From positions 3,780,001 through 3,812,000 of the forward strand of contig NZ_CP021983.2 of assembly GCF_002075285.3 (NCBI RefSeq): DNA of 32,000 bases, read 5' to 3'. Below the pieces are notes generated by a model. It saw nothing but the letters and a program-made list of their open reading frames with translations. It did no database searches and had not been told where the DNA came from. Within the stretch, counting starts at the first letter, position 1. Each line of letters begins with the position of its first letter. Position numbers and translations under genes: made by a program. This document shows positions 1-10,154 of the stretch, piece by piece. This DNA comes from Halomicronema hongdechloris C2206 (GTDB lineage: Bacteria; Cyanobacteriota; Cyanobacteriia; Phormidesmidales; Phormidesmidaceae).

Positions 1-130
1 ACCTATTGGCTGCCCACTATAAGTTTGCCGGCTATCGCCATAAAGCGGGACAAAAACCTAGAGATAAAAAGCCCTGCGAAGCTGTCGCCAGGGCCGGTAT
101 CGTATCCTCAAGCACAAATCCGAGGATACG

Positions 131-1711
131 ATGTTCAATATACGTCAACGTCGTCAGCAGATTGCAGCGAGGCTGGCCGAACAGGGCGCTCAAACAATTC
201 GTGCCATCGCCACCGCCACGGGAATTCCCAAAAGCAGTGTCCATCGTCATCAGCAAGGGCTGAAACAGGGGCATCAGTATCCAGAGGCGGCGCTGTGGCA
301 GACAGATGTTGGTGAAGAGTGGTTAAAACGGCTGGTCGTGGCCACTATCTATGTTTTTGGGCTGACGCGAGGTGTGGGCGCAGAAAGTCTCAGTGAGTGC
401 TTTTACAAACTCGGTCTAGAGCATTTCATCGGGGTATCGGTCTCCTCGTTGCGCCACCTTCAGACCGTTTTGGAAGAGAAAGTTCTTGGCTATCAGCAGG
501 TTCAACAGGAGCGTTTGAGCCAAGCCTGCCAGTCTCTGCCAGCGCTCTGTGTGGGGGTGGATGAGACGTGGTTTGAATCAACCATCCTGGTGATGATGGC
601 ATTAAGCTCAGGCTACCTCCTGGTGGAGGAAACGGCGGCCAATCATCGTTACGAGACTTGGCAACAGGTGGTTGAGCCCGTGGTGAAACAGTGGGGGAGT
701 CGGATTCAATATTGTGTGAGTGACCGGGCGAAAGCCCTGATCAAACTGGCCTTGAATGACTTGGGGTGTGCCAGCATTGCCGACTTGTTTCACGCGATGC
801 GCAAACTCAGCCAGGGTCTTGGGTTTGACCTGGAACGTCGGTTGACTCACCTCAGACGTCGTCTTCAGGAACAACCGCCTCAGGGGGCTCAAGCCGTTGA
901 GCGAGACCCAGTACTGCAAGCGGAATACGCTGCCCTTCAAACGGCCCAGAGTCAATTTAGTGAGCATCTAGCCGCTATCAGTTTGGGGTTGCACCCCTTC
1001 GATATCAGGACGCTTGGTGCGGTCACCACTGAGCAGGTGGCCGTCAAGCTTAGCCAACAGGTAGACGCCCTCAAGCAATTTCAGCAGCAATATCAGCTCA
1101 AGGATGCCCCCGGCGGAGTTGACAAATTCAAGCGACAGATTGAGGTCCTTACCCCCATCGTGGATCTGTGGTGGCAGTGGGTTGAGCACTCCCTCGCCGC
1201 CCATGAACTCGCCCAGCCCTTATTGAGCTGGTTGACAGTGGGGTTGTTGCCGCTTTGCTACTGGCAATACCAAAGTCAGCGAACCGATAAACCGACGCTC
1301 AAAGCCCAGTATCGAGATGCCTATCAGCGGGCTCACAACGTCCTAAAGGCTCATCCGCTCACACGGACTTTAGAAGCCGAGGTCTATCGGTATTGGTACA
1401 GTTGGGCGAGTGAAATGGTCACCAAGTTTCAGCGCACAACTGCAGCGGTGGAAGGGCGCAACGGCTATTTGGGTCAGATTCATCACAGCCGTCGCCGCTT
1501 GTCAGACCGTCAGTTGCAAGTGATGAGCGTGATTCATAATTTTGACCTCAAACGGCTCGATGGCTCTACCGCTGCCCAACGACTTTTCAAGCAACCCCAT
1601 CCAGACTTATTTCAGACCGTTTTAGCTCAGATGCACGATTTACCTTTGCCCAGGCAGCGAGCCAAAGCTGCAAAAGCTCAAATCCTTGATGCAGCTAATG
1701 TCCCGGCTTAA
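131..1711 (+). CDS. DDE-type transposase-like protein with N-terminal helix-turn-helix (IS family not identified)
   Basis: 526-aa ORF with no credible competitor. It has an N-terminal HTH-like segment (IRAIATATGIPKSSVHRHQQ). Acidic motifs are spaced as in DDE enzymes: GVDETWF, CVSDRAKAL and a late AAVEGRNGYLGQIHHSRRRL. There is no HIP1 in the first 2.1 kb, unlike most of the window. The family call is from memory, not a search. Confidence 0.5.
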   Translation: MFNIRQRRQQIAARLAEQGAQTIRAIATATGIPKSSVHRHQQGLKQGHQYPEAALWQTDVGEEWLKRLVVATIYVFGLTRGVGAESLSECFYKLGLEHFIGVSVSSLRHLQTVLEEKVLGYQQVQQERLSQACQSLPALCVGVDETWFESTILVMMALSSGYLLVEETAANHRYETWQQVVEPVVKQWGSRIQYCVSDRAKALIKLALNDLGCASIADLFHAMRKLSQGLGFDLERRLTHLRRRLQEQPPQGAQAVERDPVLQAEYAALQTAQSQFSEHLAAISLGLHPFDIRTLGAVTTEQVAVKLSQQVDALKQFQQQYQLKDAPGGVDKFKRQIEVLTPIVDLWWQWVEHSLAAHELAQPLLSWLTVGLLPLCYWQYQSQRTDKPTLKAQYRDAYQRAHNVLKAHPLTRTLEAEVYRYWYSWASEMVTKFQRTTAAVEGRNGYLGQIHHSRRRLSDRQLQVMSVIHNFDLKRLDGSTAAQRLFKQPHPDLFQTVLAQMHDLPLPRQRAKAAKAQILDAANVPA

Positions 1712-2077
1712 ACGGGTAGCCGCCGCAATTATGAATCTAAACGTTTTTCGCCAAATCAGAAAGCGATCATCGCTATCCTATTAGTTCCAGGTCCATCTGT
1801 TTACGCTGCAACCGTGGTCATGACTGCATGGGGGAGTGCCCTCAAGGGGAAACCAGCACGCTTGACTCAGTAACGCCTCAGCAGAGAGGGTTGCCGCGAG
1901 ATCAGTCAATTTCTCAGGATCACCTGTCAGCAATCACAGGGATCTTGTCTACGAGGGTAGGAGCAGTTCCATCACCAGCTAACCGGCGGCGGGATCGGTG
2001 CTGCCAATGGGGCCTTCGCCATTGGCTCGAGAGCCCCCCGAGTAACCCTGACAGGGGGCAGAGCTGGGGAAGGCGTC

Positions 2078-3361
2078 TCATGGGCGTTGCTGGGCAGAGT
2101 GGGGGGGAGACAGTGCGATCGCATCCTCAGCGGGTGCCGGCTGGGCGGGCGTTGGTTTGAACCCCTTAGCCACGAAGGTGATGCAGCCCAACAACAGCAA
2201 GGCACTGAGGGTGAAGACGCCGCGATAGCCGATCGCCGCGGCCAAGACCCCGCTGAGGGCCGAGGCGATGATGCCGCTGATGCCGATGAGGGAGGTCTGC
2301 AGGGTGTAGTCGGTACCGGCCATCTCGGGACGACTGTTATCCATCATGATGGTGAAGGTGGTGGTGCCGATCATGCCCAGGGCCAAAAACGTGATGCCGA
2401 CGATGCCGTACAGGACGGGCAGTTGGGTGAGGCCGAAGGTGGGCAAGAAGTAGGAGAGAACGCCCAGGAAGGCCAGGCTAGTGGCGATTAAGAGCGATCG
2501 CTTCCGCCCCCAGCGAGAAATGACGATCCCTGCCGCCAATGCCCCCACCATGGTCATGGTGGTGCCGCCAACCCCCAGCAGCGAGCCAATCTCCGCCAGG
2601 GACAAGCCCTGATCCACCAGCAGCGGCCGAAACATCGTGGCCGAGAGATTGTGGGCCGCCGCGTACAGCCCCAGAATCAACAGCCAGCCCAGCATCCCCG
2701 GTCGCCGGCAAAACTGCCAGAAAATGCGGCCATAGTTACCGGGGGTGAGAGGGGCGGTCAGGGCAGACGCGGCCGCTGGCCGACGGGGCTCGCGGTGCAA
2801 CAACACCGGCAACAGGGCCAGCAGCATCGCCGCCGCCAGCGTCCACAGGCTCAGCCGCCAACCCCACTGATTCAGCACTATCAACAGGCCGCCGCCGCCA
2901 ATCATTTTTCCGAGAGAGCCGCCCACCCCCTGAACGGCATTGCCCATGCCGCGCTCTTGAGGCTCTAACAGTCGCAGGGCCAGTGCGTCGGTGGCGATGT
3001 CCTGGCTGGCACAGCCGGTTCCCATCAGGGCCAGGCCGATCAGGATCACTGGTAGCTGGGTCTCCAGGTTGAGGCCACTACACATGAGGGTGATGCCCAC
3101 CACCCAGAGCTGGAAGGCAATAATCCAGAAGCGATAGTGGCCCCAGCGGGCAACGCTATAGCGATCGATCAGCGGCGCCCAGAGAAATTTGAACGTCATG
3201 GCGATCGCAACCAGCGGCAATAGCCCGATCGCCTGCAGCGACATGCCCTGCTGGCGCAGCAACACCGGCAGCGCTTCATAGAGAAACCAGAAGGGCAGAA
3301 ACTGCGACACGTATAAACTGCCGAGCAAACCGTATTTTTTCAGGTGGGATTGAGAGGCCAC
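2078..3361 (-). CDS. MFS permease, AmpG/RhtX/FptX-like (candidate inner-membrane siderophore importer)
   Basis: 427-aa polytopic ORF with a GTG start. The N-terminus YVSQFLPFWFLYEALPVLLRQQGMSLQAIGLLPLV...KFLWAPLIDRY is typical of the AmpG-related permease group that includes RhtX/FptX. It lies directly downstream of a TonB-dependent receptor (pseudo)gene and an AraC regulator. Confidence 0.65.
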   Translation of the reverse strand: MASQSHLKKYGLLGSLYVSQFLPFWFLYEALPVLLRQQGMSLQAIGLLPLVAIAMTFKFLWAPLIDRYSVARWGHYRFWIIAFQLWVVGITLMCSGLNLETQLPVILIGLALMGTGCASQDIATDALALRLLEPQERGMGNAVQGVGGSLGKMIGGGGLLIVLNQWGWRLSLWTLAAAMLLALLPVLLHREPRRPAAASALTAPLTPGNYGRIFWQFCRRPGMLGWLLILGLYAAAHNLSATMFRPLLVDQGLSLAEIGSLLGVGGTTMTMVGALAAGIVISRWGRKRSLLIATSLAFLGVLSYFLPTFGLTQLPVLYGIVGITFLALGMIGTTTFTIMMDNSRPEMAGTDYTLQTSLIGISGIIASALSGVLAAAIGYRGVFTLSALLLLGCITFVAKGFKPTPAQPAPAEDAIALSPPHSAQQRP

Positions 3362-3426
3362 GGGCCGGTACTCGCTGGATAGACGACAGTCAGGTTAGAC
3401 CCAAGGGGGCGCGATCGCCCGTATTG

Positions 3427-6026
3427 CTAAAACGTGAGCGAGAACGAGCCGATAATGGTGAACGGTTCACCAGGCTCGATGCCTCGGACCCGGGAAATCG
3501 GCGTTCCCTGGATGTAGTCGGTATCGAAGAGATTTTTAAAATTCAACGCCAACTGCCAATCCGCGCGCTCATAGAAAATGGCGGCGTTGGTGATGAAATA
3601 CTCATCCAACCGGAAACTGTTGTCCAGGTCCCCTGGTCGCTCCCCGACATAATTGAAGCCCAGGCCGAAGCCCAGCCCGGCCAGATCGCCGTCTTGCAGG
3701 GTATAGGTCGTCCACAGGTTGGCGCTGTGTTCGGGAATGCCGATTAACCCATTGCCCACGGGAAACCGGTTGTCCGCCGTCACTCGGGCATCGGTGTAGG
3801 CATAGTTGGCGATGACATTCCAGCCCGGCAGAATTTCCCCCGAAATATCCAGCTCCACCCCCTGACTGCGCTGCTCCCCCGTGGCAATTGAGGCATTTAA
3901 GAACGGAGGCGCCGTGGGATCGGCGGTGGCAACGTTCTGCCGGGTGATGTCGAAATAGGCCAGGGTCGCCACCAAGCGCTGGTCAAACAGCTCGGTTTTG
4001 AGGCCTATCTCAAAGCCCTCACCGTCCTCCGGGGGCAGCAAGTCACCGGCCACATCGGTGGCGTTGCTGGGGGTAAATGACTGCGAATAGCTGGCGTACA
4101 GGGACAGCTGGGGCGCGGCTGGATAGACAACTCCCAGGCCGTGGAGTCAAGCAATCCACCGATTGGCCCTGATGTCCACTGCCGGTGGGGTCAAAGAGAG
4201 ACGGCGGGTTATTCACGTCTTGATCAACGACGTCGTAACGCACCCCGCTAAGAGGGTTGAGACGCGTCGAAAATCTCAATCTGGTCTTTGGGCCAAACCA
4301 GGACCAGACGGCGGGTGATCACTTCTGCACCCGGGCAGGCGTTGGCACAACTGGTCGAAGGTCCCAGTCAGCGGAACGGTCAACCATAGACTGGGTCGAA
4401 GACCGTTTATAGGGGCGAGGGGGCCAGAAAGATTGCCCCCGGGCCTCAATATCGCTGCGAATCGGCGACTCCCCAGACTCAACCCCCAAACAGCAGCGGT
4501 GTGTCGACTGCTGGCCGGTTGGCAAAGTTTGCGCCACCCACATCGGTCCCTGAGCCCGTAGACGTTTTGAATCATTCGGTGGCCCGTATTGACATCGAAC
4601 CACAGATGCCCGCAGCCTCGTTAAAGGCAACCGGTAGCAACGGGTTTCACGCGCCTGTATTATTTCTTGGCGTGCTAATAGCCGAAAGGCATGGCGAAAT
4701 TGTCCAGTTATCGCCGAAGGCATGCTCTAGGCGATAGCCCCCCCAGAAAGAAATCCCGGCTCGATCACGTCAATCGGGTTCGCCGAAGATGCGATCGCGG
4801 GGCACATCGACAATGCCGTCACCCAAGGCCAGTAACCCGGAATCATTTGGGACGCTGATCATGGAAGTACTCAAAATCCAGGGCCAGGGCGGTGCGCTCA
4901 CCGATGTCCCAGGTGACCACGGGGGCAATAAACCGACGCCGCATCTCCTGATCGAAGTCCCGAAAGCTGTCCTGTCGCGAGACCAGGGCATTGACCCGAT
5001 AGCGCAGGCGACCATCGCCACTGAGGCGATCGGATAAATCCAATTGGGGCCGAATTAGGGTGCGGTTCCCCAGCTGCAATTCCGCCTGGTAAGACGGTTC
5101 TACCGTCGGCTGCTCCGTGATCAGGTTAATCACCCCACCGGGCTGAATTTCACCGTAGAGAATCGACGCCGGTCCCTTCAGCACCTCGATTTGCTCCACA
5201 TTGACGGTTTCCGGCAGCGCCAAGATGCCGGTATTGGAGAGGCTACCAGAGCCCGACAACCGGAAGCCATCCCGCAGCAGCTGCGCCCCCTGAAACCCCC
5301 GAATAGTGTATTGAAAGCCCGCTCCCTCGGTGGAGTCGACCACCACACCGCTGACATTGCGCAAGGCTTCGTCCAGCTGAATCACCTGCTGATCGTCCAG
5401 CACCTCTCGCGGAATCACTTGCACAGAGGCCGGTATTTCCAGCAGGTCGGTCGCGGTGCGGGTCGCGGTGCTGGCCCTGGGGACAAAATACTCACTTCCC
5501 GCTGGTTGCCCGGTCACGGTAATGCGTAAGCCCTCGTCGGCATCTGCCGTGTCCGGCGGGGCAGGAATCCTGTCTACCCCATCGCTGGCAGGCGCGTCCG
5601 GGTCCGGCGTATCCGCCGGGGCAGGACGGCTGGCCGGGTCTGATGCTGCGATCGCAAAGGCCAGCGCCTCCCCTGCAGTTGTCACCCCAGGCAGCCCAGC
5701 GCCTCCTGTCACCCTGACTCGAATGCTGTTCGCATCCAGCGTCATCACCGCGATCGATGCAATGCCCGGGGCCGGATTACTTTGTTCAAATGCGGCCCCA
5801 GGAGCGAGTTGAGCATTAGTGATATCCGCCTGCCAGGTCTGGCCATACTGGGTCACAAACACCTGAGGAATTTGCCCCTCTGGCCGTTTCCAGCCGCAGC
5901 ACCACCCATTCGGGGCTGGGCTCCAGACTCACCTGAACCACCTGCAATGGTCGCAGCCGGCGCCGCCTCAACTATCCCAAAGCTGGAAACCCCTGCCAGG
6001 ATAACCCCCCAGGGCACCTGTCCCAT
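3427..6026 (-). pseudogene. TonB-dependent siderophore receptor, disrupted by multiple frameshifts
   Basis: Homologous pieces sit in different frames. The C-terminal barrel (3427-4053, ending ...IIGSFSLTF) aligns along its length with the C-terminus of the 11350-13590 product. The fragment LSGVRYDVVDQDVNNPPSLFDPTGS (4043-4279) matches LLGVRYDTVEQETINNPSFFSPTGS. The plug domain is at 4843-5862 (VQVIPREVLDDQQ, NVSGV, IRGF, RDGF, IEVLKGPASILYG, GGVINLITEQPT). The signal peptide MGQVPWGVILAGVSSFGIVEAAPAA starts at the ATG at 6026 in a second frame, and an AMIN-like LQVVQVSLEPSPEWVVLRLETA follows in a third. No single frame is open across 4054-4842. Confidence 0.85.
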
Positions 6027-6227
6027 ACCTGCTCATGCTCCCCACTCCCTCACACCAACTGGCTTAACGCGTCCTCGTAGTTGAGAACTGTACGCAACAG
6101 CCTGAGGGCGATGCAATCTGGAAAACGGATTTGTTTCGTCCCCAAACGGATTATTTTGCCGGCGGGGGTGTTATATCAAATCCGCTAAGACAGGCAACAT
6201 TACGATGAGGTATCACAACTGCAATCC

Positions 6228-6349
6228 GTCATTGCGGGCAAGCGCAGCGCCACCCGCAATCCAGGCAGAGCGCTTTGGGCGTAGCTGAGATTGACGCCCT
6301 GGATTCCCGCTACGCCCTCCGGGCACGCTTCGCGAAACGCGGGAATGAC
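6228..6349. repeat. MITE-like element made of subterminal hairpins
   Basis: The ends GTCATT...AATGAC are inverted. Hairpin ATTGCGGG(6231-6238)/CCCGCAAT(6253-6260). Central hairpin GGGCGT/ACGCCC. Hairpin ATTCCCGC(6303-6310)/GCGGGAAT(6339-6346). It lies in the 0.7-kb noncoding gap upstream of the decayed receptor. Confidence 0.4.
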
Positions 6350-6454
6350 AGAGAACTATTTTCCTAGGTGAATTAACCGGATTTCATATTAGGAAACACG
6401 ACGCCGATGATGACTGTAAGCGTCAGTGGCTCAGTCAATGGCATAGCGGTGAAG

Positions 6455-6517
6455 CTGGGTTCGTGAGCGGGGGAACTGGGTTCACCAGCGGGGGAATTGG
6501 CTTCGCCAGTGGTGAGG
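6455..6517. repeat. 21-bp tandem repeat, 3 diverged units
   Basis: Units are CTGGGTTCGTGAGCGGGGGAA, CTGGGTTCACCAGCGGGGGAA and TTGGCTTCGCCAGTGGTGAGG. No frame has a convincing start codon. Confidence 0.6.
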
Positions 6518-6753
6518 CTGACCTAATTGTCTGCCCCCTCTTCCTGAATTGAAGGCATATGATCATAGCCTGCTGTCGAGCTACTCTTGAAGAGGCTTCC
6601 GAATGACCGCATGAATTTCCGCTGCGGTGACAGCTGAGACGCACTGCCCTCGGAAGGTGGGTTGGGTCGGTGTTCATCCGCTAGGGGAGCGATCGCGGAG
6701 CACTGTCCTGCATCAGCCAAACAACGGGTTGCAGTTGAGATTCAACAGTAAGG

Positions 6754-7764
6754 CTACAGCGACTTATAGGCCCTGGGAGTGACCCCAAACTTACGCTTAA
6801 ACGCGGCGGAAAACTGGCTGGGGCTGGCATAGCCCACCGCCTGGGCCACCTGAGCCACCGAATCGATGCCCTGCTCCAGCAGCCATTGCGCCTTCTCCAT
6901 GCGGCATTGATGCAGATAGCCAAATACCGTGGTGCCAAACACCTGCCGGAAGCCCCGTTTGAGCTTGAAGTCATTCATCTCGGTTTGTTGCGCCAGCGCC
7001 TTCAGGGATGGGGGACACTCAAGATTGCCAATTAAAATGTCGCGGGCTCGATACAGGCGCTCAATGTCCTCTGCTTTCAGCCGCAACTCTAGTTTGGGTG
7101 GCGGGGTTCCCTGCTGCACCTGCGCCAGCTTTAGCACAATCAACTCTAAAATCTTGCTTTCTAGATATAGGCGCTTCAGATCGCCCTGGTAGGGACAGTT
7201 CATGATCTTGTGCAACGCCGTCAACATCGCGGGCGTCGTCTGATTCGCCGTCACTCGCATCTCGGACTCTGGGGTCTGAAGCGCCAGGGTTTGGCCAAAG
7301 TTAAGCGGCGCCTGATGGGGAGCAATCAGGGCATCAAACACGTGCGCTTGAATGCCAACGGTCAACAGTTCCACCACCTGATTGGCCGCATAGTGGGTGG
7401 TGGTCTCGATGGTGCCTGACATAAAGCCAATCAGATTGGTCCCCGGACGCAGGGCAATGTCTGTGCTGTGACCCCGCAGGCGTTGCAGGGAACGGCCAGC
7501 CAGACAAAACCGCAGCCCCCAGGTGGACATCTGCTTAATAGTTTCGACAAAGGTGACGTCCTGCTGTAAGTCGGCTCGGGTCAAGACCAGATCGAGGCCG
7601 TCCCTCACCTGGATGCAGCGACTCTGCCAAAACCCAAACGGCTGCTGTAGCTTCCAGGACATCTCATCGGAGTCTACCTGATAGCGTCCCCCGGTTTGTT
7701 GCTGCAACGCCCTGAGCATGGTCGGAATGGTATCAGCGGAGAGGGCGAGATTCAGGGTGGTCAT
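6754..7764 (-). CDS. AraC-family transcriptional regulator (PchR-like, siderophore-uptake associated)
   Basis: C-terminal AraC HTH region (LAQQTEMNDFKLKRGFRQVFGTTVFGYLHQCRMEKAQWLL...AVGYASPSQFSAAFKRKFGVTPRAYK). I place the start at the ATG at 7764 (MTTLNLAL...) rather than the ORF-track start at 7905. This is by analogy with the paralog at 13843-14934 (MTTRLTLN...) and because a TATAAT box lies at 7804-7809. Confidence 0.85.
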   Translation of the reverse strand: MTTLNLALSADTIPTMLRALQQQTGGRYQVDSDEMSWKLQQPFGFWQSRCIQVRDGLDLVLTRADLQQDVTFVETIKQMSTWGLRFCLAGRSLQRLRGHSTDIALRPGTNLIGFMSGTIETTTHYAANQVVELLTVGIQAHVFDALIAPHQAPLNFGQTLALQTPESEMRVTANQTTPAMLTALHKIMNCPYQGDLKRLYLESKILELIVLKLAQVQQGTPPPKLELRLKAEDIERLYRARDILIGNLECPPSLKALAQQTEMNDFKLKRGFRQVFGTTVFGYLHQCRMEKAQWLLEQGIDSVAQVAQAVGYASPSQFSAAFKRKFGVTPRAYKSL

Positions 7765-7787
7765 CGGCTTAGAACGGCCTTGAGGAC

Positions 7788-7809
7788 AATGAGAAGAATT
7801 CTCATTATA
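7788..7809 (-). promoter_or_regulatory. Candidate -10 box (TATAAT) overlapped by a Fur-box-like palindrome AATGAGAA-GAA-TTCTCATT
   Basis: The minus strand reads TATAATGAGAATTCTTCTCATTG about 40 nt upstream of the AraC ATG. The 8-bp arms are perfect inverted repeats. TGAGAAT-T-CTTCTCA resembles the 7-1-7 Fur consensus TGATAAT-N-ATTATCA. Confidence 0.4.
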
Positions 7810-7864
7810 CTGGCTGATGTGTCGGTCAAAACTGGTCGGATGACGGTTACGATTGTTGCAGTGC

Positions 7865-8587
7865 CTACTCCAGCAACTCACCGAACCGTTCCCGGTAGCG
7901 GGCAAGCTGTTCTTCTGGAGTTAAATACCGTTTTCCGTATTCGTCATACCAGTAGAGCACCTCTCGCTGCACATCGCCATCTTGGTAGGGATGCCGACCA
8001 ATGCCTAACCCAATGTCTGGCATCCAATAGGGCTCGCCAACTTGCAGCTCATAGGTGCCATCTATCCAACGATACACCTCAAACGGTTGATGCTGATCCC
8101 GTTGCCAGTATTGAGGATTGTAAATTACGTAATACGACACGCCTAAGCGGGCGTAGGTCGCCATTTTCGTATCGTATTCACCGCCTGGTGTGAGAGAAGC
8201 CACCTCCAGCACAAACTGTGGCACCATCCCGTTTTCTTCCCACACCACGTAGCTTTTGCGGGACAAGCCTCCCTTATGTCGCTCTACTCCCAGACTGAGA
8301 AATCCATCTGGAACAACGGGTACAAAAGGAGTGGTCCCCGTCGTGTGATAAATTCCCATATCTACGCCAAAAAACCAGTCATTTCGGTCTGTCCAAATGA
8401 ACTTGAGTAAGAACAGCAAGATATTGGGAATTAGATTTTGATCCTCATTATCCACAGGCGTGTCGTCAGAACAAGGAAGTTCATTACTGTTCGGCAGGTG
8501 AAGCCATCGGTCGGACTGTACCATCGTCACGCCATTGTTGAAAACATGAATAGCTTCATTGTAGGAGCCCCCACTATGTCGAACCAA
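7865..8587 (-). CDS. Uma2-family (DUF820) PD-(D/E)xK endonuclease-like protein
   Basis: Typical Uma2 layout: ...NLIPNILLFLLKFIW...PDGFLSLGV...YVVWEENGMVPQFVLEVAS...YARLGVSYYVIYNP. The ORF-track start is TTG at 8587. An ATG at 8524 (MVQSDRW...) is an alternative start. Confidence 0.7.
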   Translation of the reverse strand: MVRHSGGSYNEAIHVFNNGVTMVQSDRWLHLPNSNELPCSDDTPVDNEDQNLIPNILLFLLKFIWTDRNDWFFGVDMGIYHTTGTTPFVPVVPDGFLSLGVERHKGGLSRKSYVVWEENGMVPQFVLEVASLTPGGEYDTKMATYARLGVSYYVIYNPQYWQRDQHQPFEVYRWIDGTYELQVGEPYWMPDIGLGIGRHPYQDGDVQREVLYWYDEYGKRYLTPEEQLARYRERFGELLE

Positions 8588-8732
8588 GCTCTAGACGGTA
8601 GGGATGTTGATGGGCAGTTACCGTTGCTATTTAAGTGCCGCGTTGAATATGGGTGCGATCGCAAGTAGTCTTACTCCTGTTCTAACCAGATGAAATAGGC
8701 CCGTTTGGCCGGGTTGGCATCGGAGTTAGGGG

Positions 8733-10025
8733 TTAGTTGGCCAGGGGAGGGGAGGGAGCATTGTCGACCGTCACCAGCTGCTTTATGCCGTATCCGCCCA
8801 CGGCAACCACGATTCCCAACAGGGCAAAGATGGACATTTGTAGGGCCATGCCGGCGCCCAGACCAGTCCCAAAGGTGCCGCCCAAAATAGGGGTTAATTT
8901 GCCCCCGGGCTGCATGGTCGGTTCAAAGACATAGTCGGCCAGTGGACCTGCGATCGCAGCCCCCAAGGGCGTCGCCAGTTGGGTGAGCAAAAATCGCGTG
9001 GCAAACACGCGGCCCTGAAAGGCTGGCTCCACCTTGGCTCGCCAAATCGCCTGACTGCAGCTGCTGGGAAAGGGCGAGCAGAACCCACTGACCAAGGCTG
9101 TGCCAATTTTGACGGAGGTCTGCTGGGCCAGGGCCAGCACCATTAGTCCCACTTTCCAAACCGCACCCGCAATCAATACGCCATGGATGCGTCGCTTGGG
9201 GCCGCCCCAAATACTGAGGGTTAATCCTCCCAGGAGCCCGCCAGCGCCGAAAAAGGAAAAGAGCATGCCTAAAACTGTGGAGTCGTCGCCGCTACGGGCC
9301 AGTACCATGGCCGGCAAAATGGAGAAGCTGGCGCTGTCGATCAGGTTGCTGATCAGGAAAAAGAGCAAGAGCGTCATCAGGCTGGGGTGGTTTCGCAAAT
9401 AGTGAATGCCGAAGGTGAGTTGATGGAAGACTGTGTCGGCGGCAGCGGCATGGTGCGGCGGCGCCGTGGGTTGGGGAATCGAGGCGAGACTGAGGGATGC
9501 GATCGCAATTCCAAACGTGATCAGGTCAATGGTTAAAATACCGCTCAACCCCGTGATGGCGTAGATAGTTCCAGCCAGCGCCGGGGCAACAACATAGCTG
9601 CCCGACATCTGTAGCGATTCGAAGGCAGAGGCGCGAGCATAGTGCTGGGCCGGCACAATCAGAGAGATGGAGGCGGAGTGCGCTAACCCTTGCAGATAAC
9701 CAAAGAGCCCATTGACGGCGCCAGACACATACAGATGCCAGATTTGCAAATTGTCTGTTAGGAAGAGAGCCAGCAGGGCAACGGTCGAGAGTCCGGCTAC
9801 GGTATCCCCCAACAGCATTAGATATTTGCGATTAAACCGATCCACCCAGATGCCGGCAAAGAGTGAAATCAACAGCCGGGGCACCTGCGTCACTGCCAAG
9901 ATGAAGGACAGCGGTGTGGCCTGCCCCGTCACTTCCCAGGCCCAGATGGTAATGGCGAAGTTGGTCATCTCAGAGCCCAGCAGGGAGGCGAATTGACCCA
10001 GCCAGATGATGAGAAACGTACGCAC
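8733..10025 (-). CDS. MFS transporter, EntS/MFS_3-like (candidate siderophore exporter/transporter)
   Basis: 430-aa polytopic ORF with a GTG start. The N-terminus FLIIWLGQFASLLGSEMTNFAITIWAWEVTG...VDRFNRKYLMLLGD is characteristic of the MFS_3 (enterobactin-exporter-like) group. It is co-directional with the receptor and binding-protein genes. Confidence 0.65.
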   Translation of the reverse strand: MRTFLIIWLGQFASLLGSEMTNFAITIWAWEVTGQATPLSFILAVTQVPRLLISLFAGIWVDRFNRKYLMLLGDTVAGLSTVALLALFLTDNLQIWHLYVSGAVNGLFGYLQGLAHSASISLIVPAQHYARASAFESLQMSGSYVVAPALAGTIYAITGLSGILTIDLITFGIAIASLSLASIPQPTAPPHHAAAADTVFHQLTFGIHYLRNHPSLMTLLLFFLISNLIDSASFSILPAMVLARSGDDSTVLGMLFSFFGAGGLLGGLTLSIWGGPKRRIHGVLIAGAVWKVGLMVLALAQQTSVKIGTALVSGFCSPFPSSCSQAIWRAKVEPAFQGRVFATRFLLTQLATPLGAAIAGPLADYVFEPTMQPGGKLTPILGGTFGTGLGAGMALQMSIFALLGIVVAVGGYGIKQLVTVDNAPSPPLAN

Positions 10026-10154
10026 AGAACTACCGGCTCCTCATGACTCTCCGCCGCTGTGCTCAAGCCTGGGGGAGAGAATGTCTTGATTAGCTTAAGC
10101 TAGGTATACGGTGTTTCCCTAGGGATTTTGGCTCCGAAACGCATTTTTTTCCCG

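Noticed and set aside
2087-2968. Plus-strand ORFs 2087-2491, 2539-2748 and 2651-2968 (69-134 aa)
   Set aside because: They are antisense to the well-supported MFS permease gene. Their composition is Arg/Gly/Pro/Ala-rich, typical of spurious frames in GC-rich coding DNA.
4043-4737. Short ORFs inside 4043-4737 (78-134 aa, both strands)
   Set aside because: They fall within the frameshifted middle of the receptor pseudogene. One (4043-4279) is simply a displaced piece of the receptor frame, and the others have no coding features.
6435-6720. Minus-strand ORFs 6435-6677 and 6523-6720, the first ending in a PPLxNPx heptad-like peptide
   Set aside because: The peptide periodicity is just the translation of the 21-bp DNA tandem repeat. 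There is no ribosome-binding site and no recognisable family.
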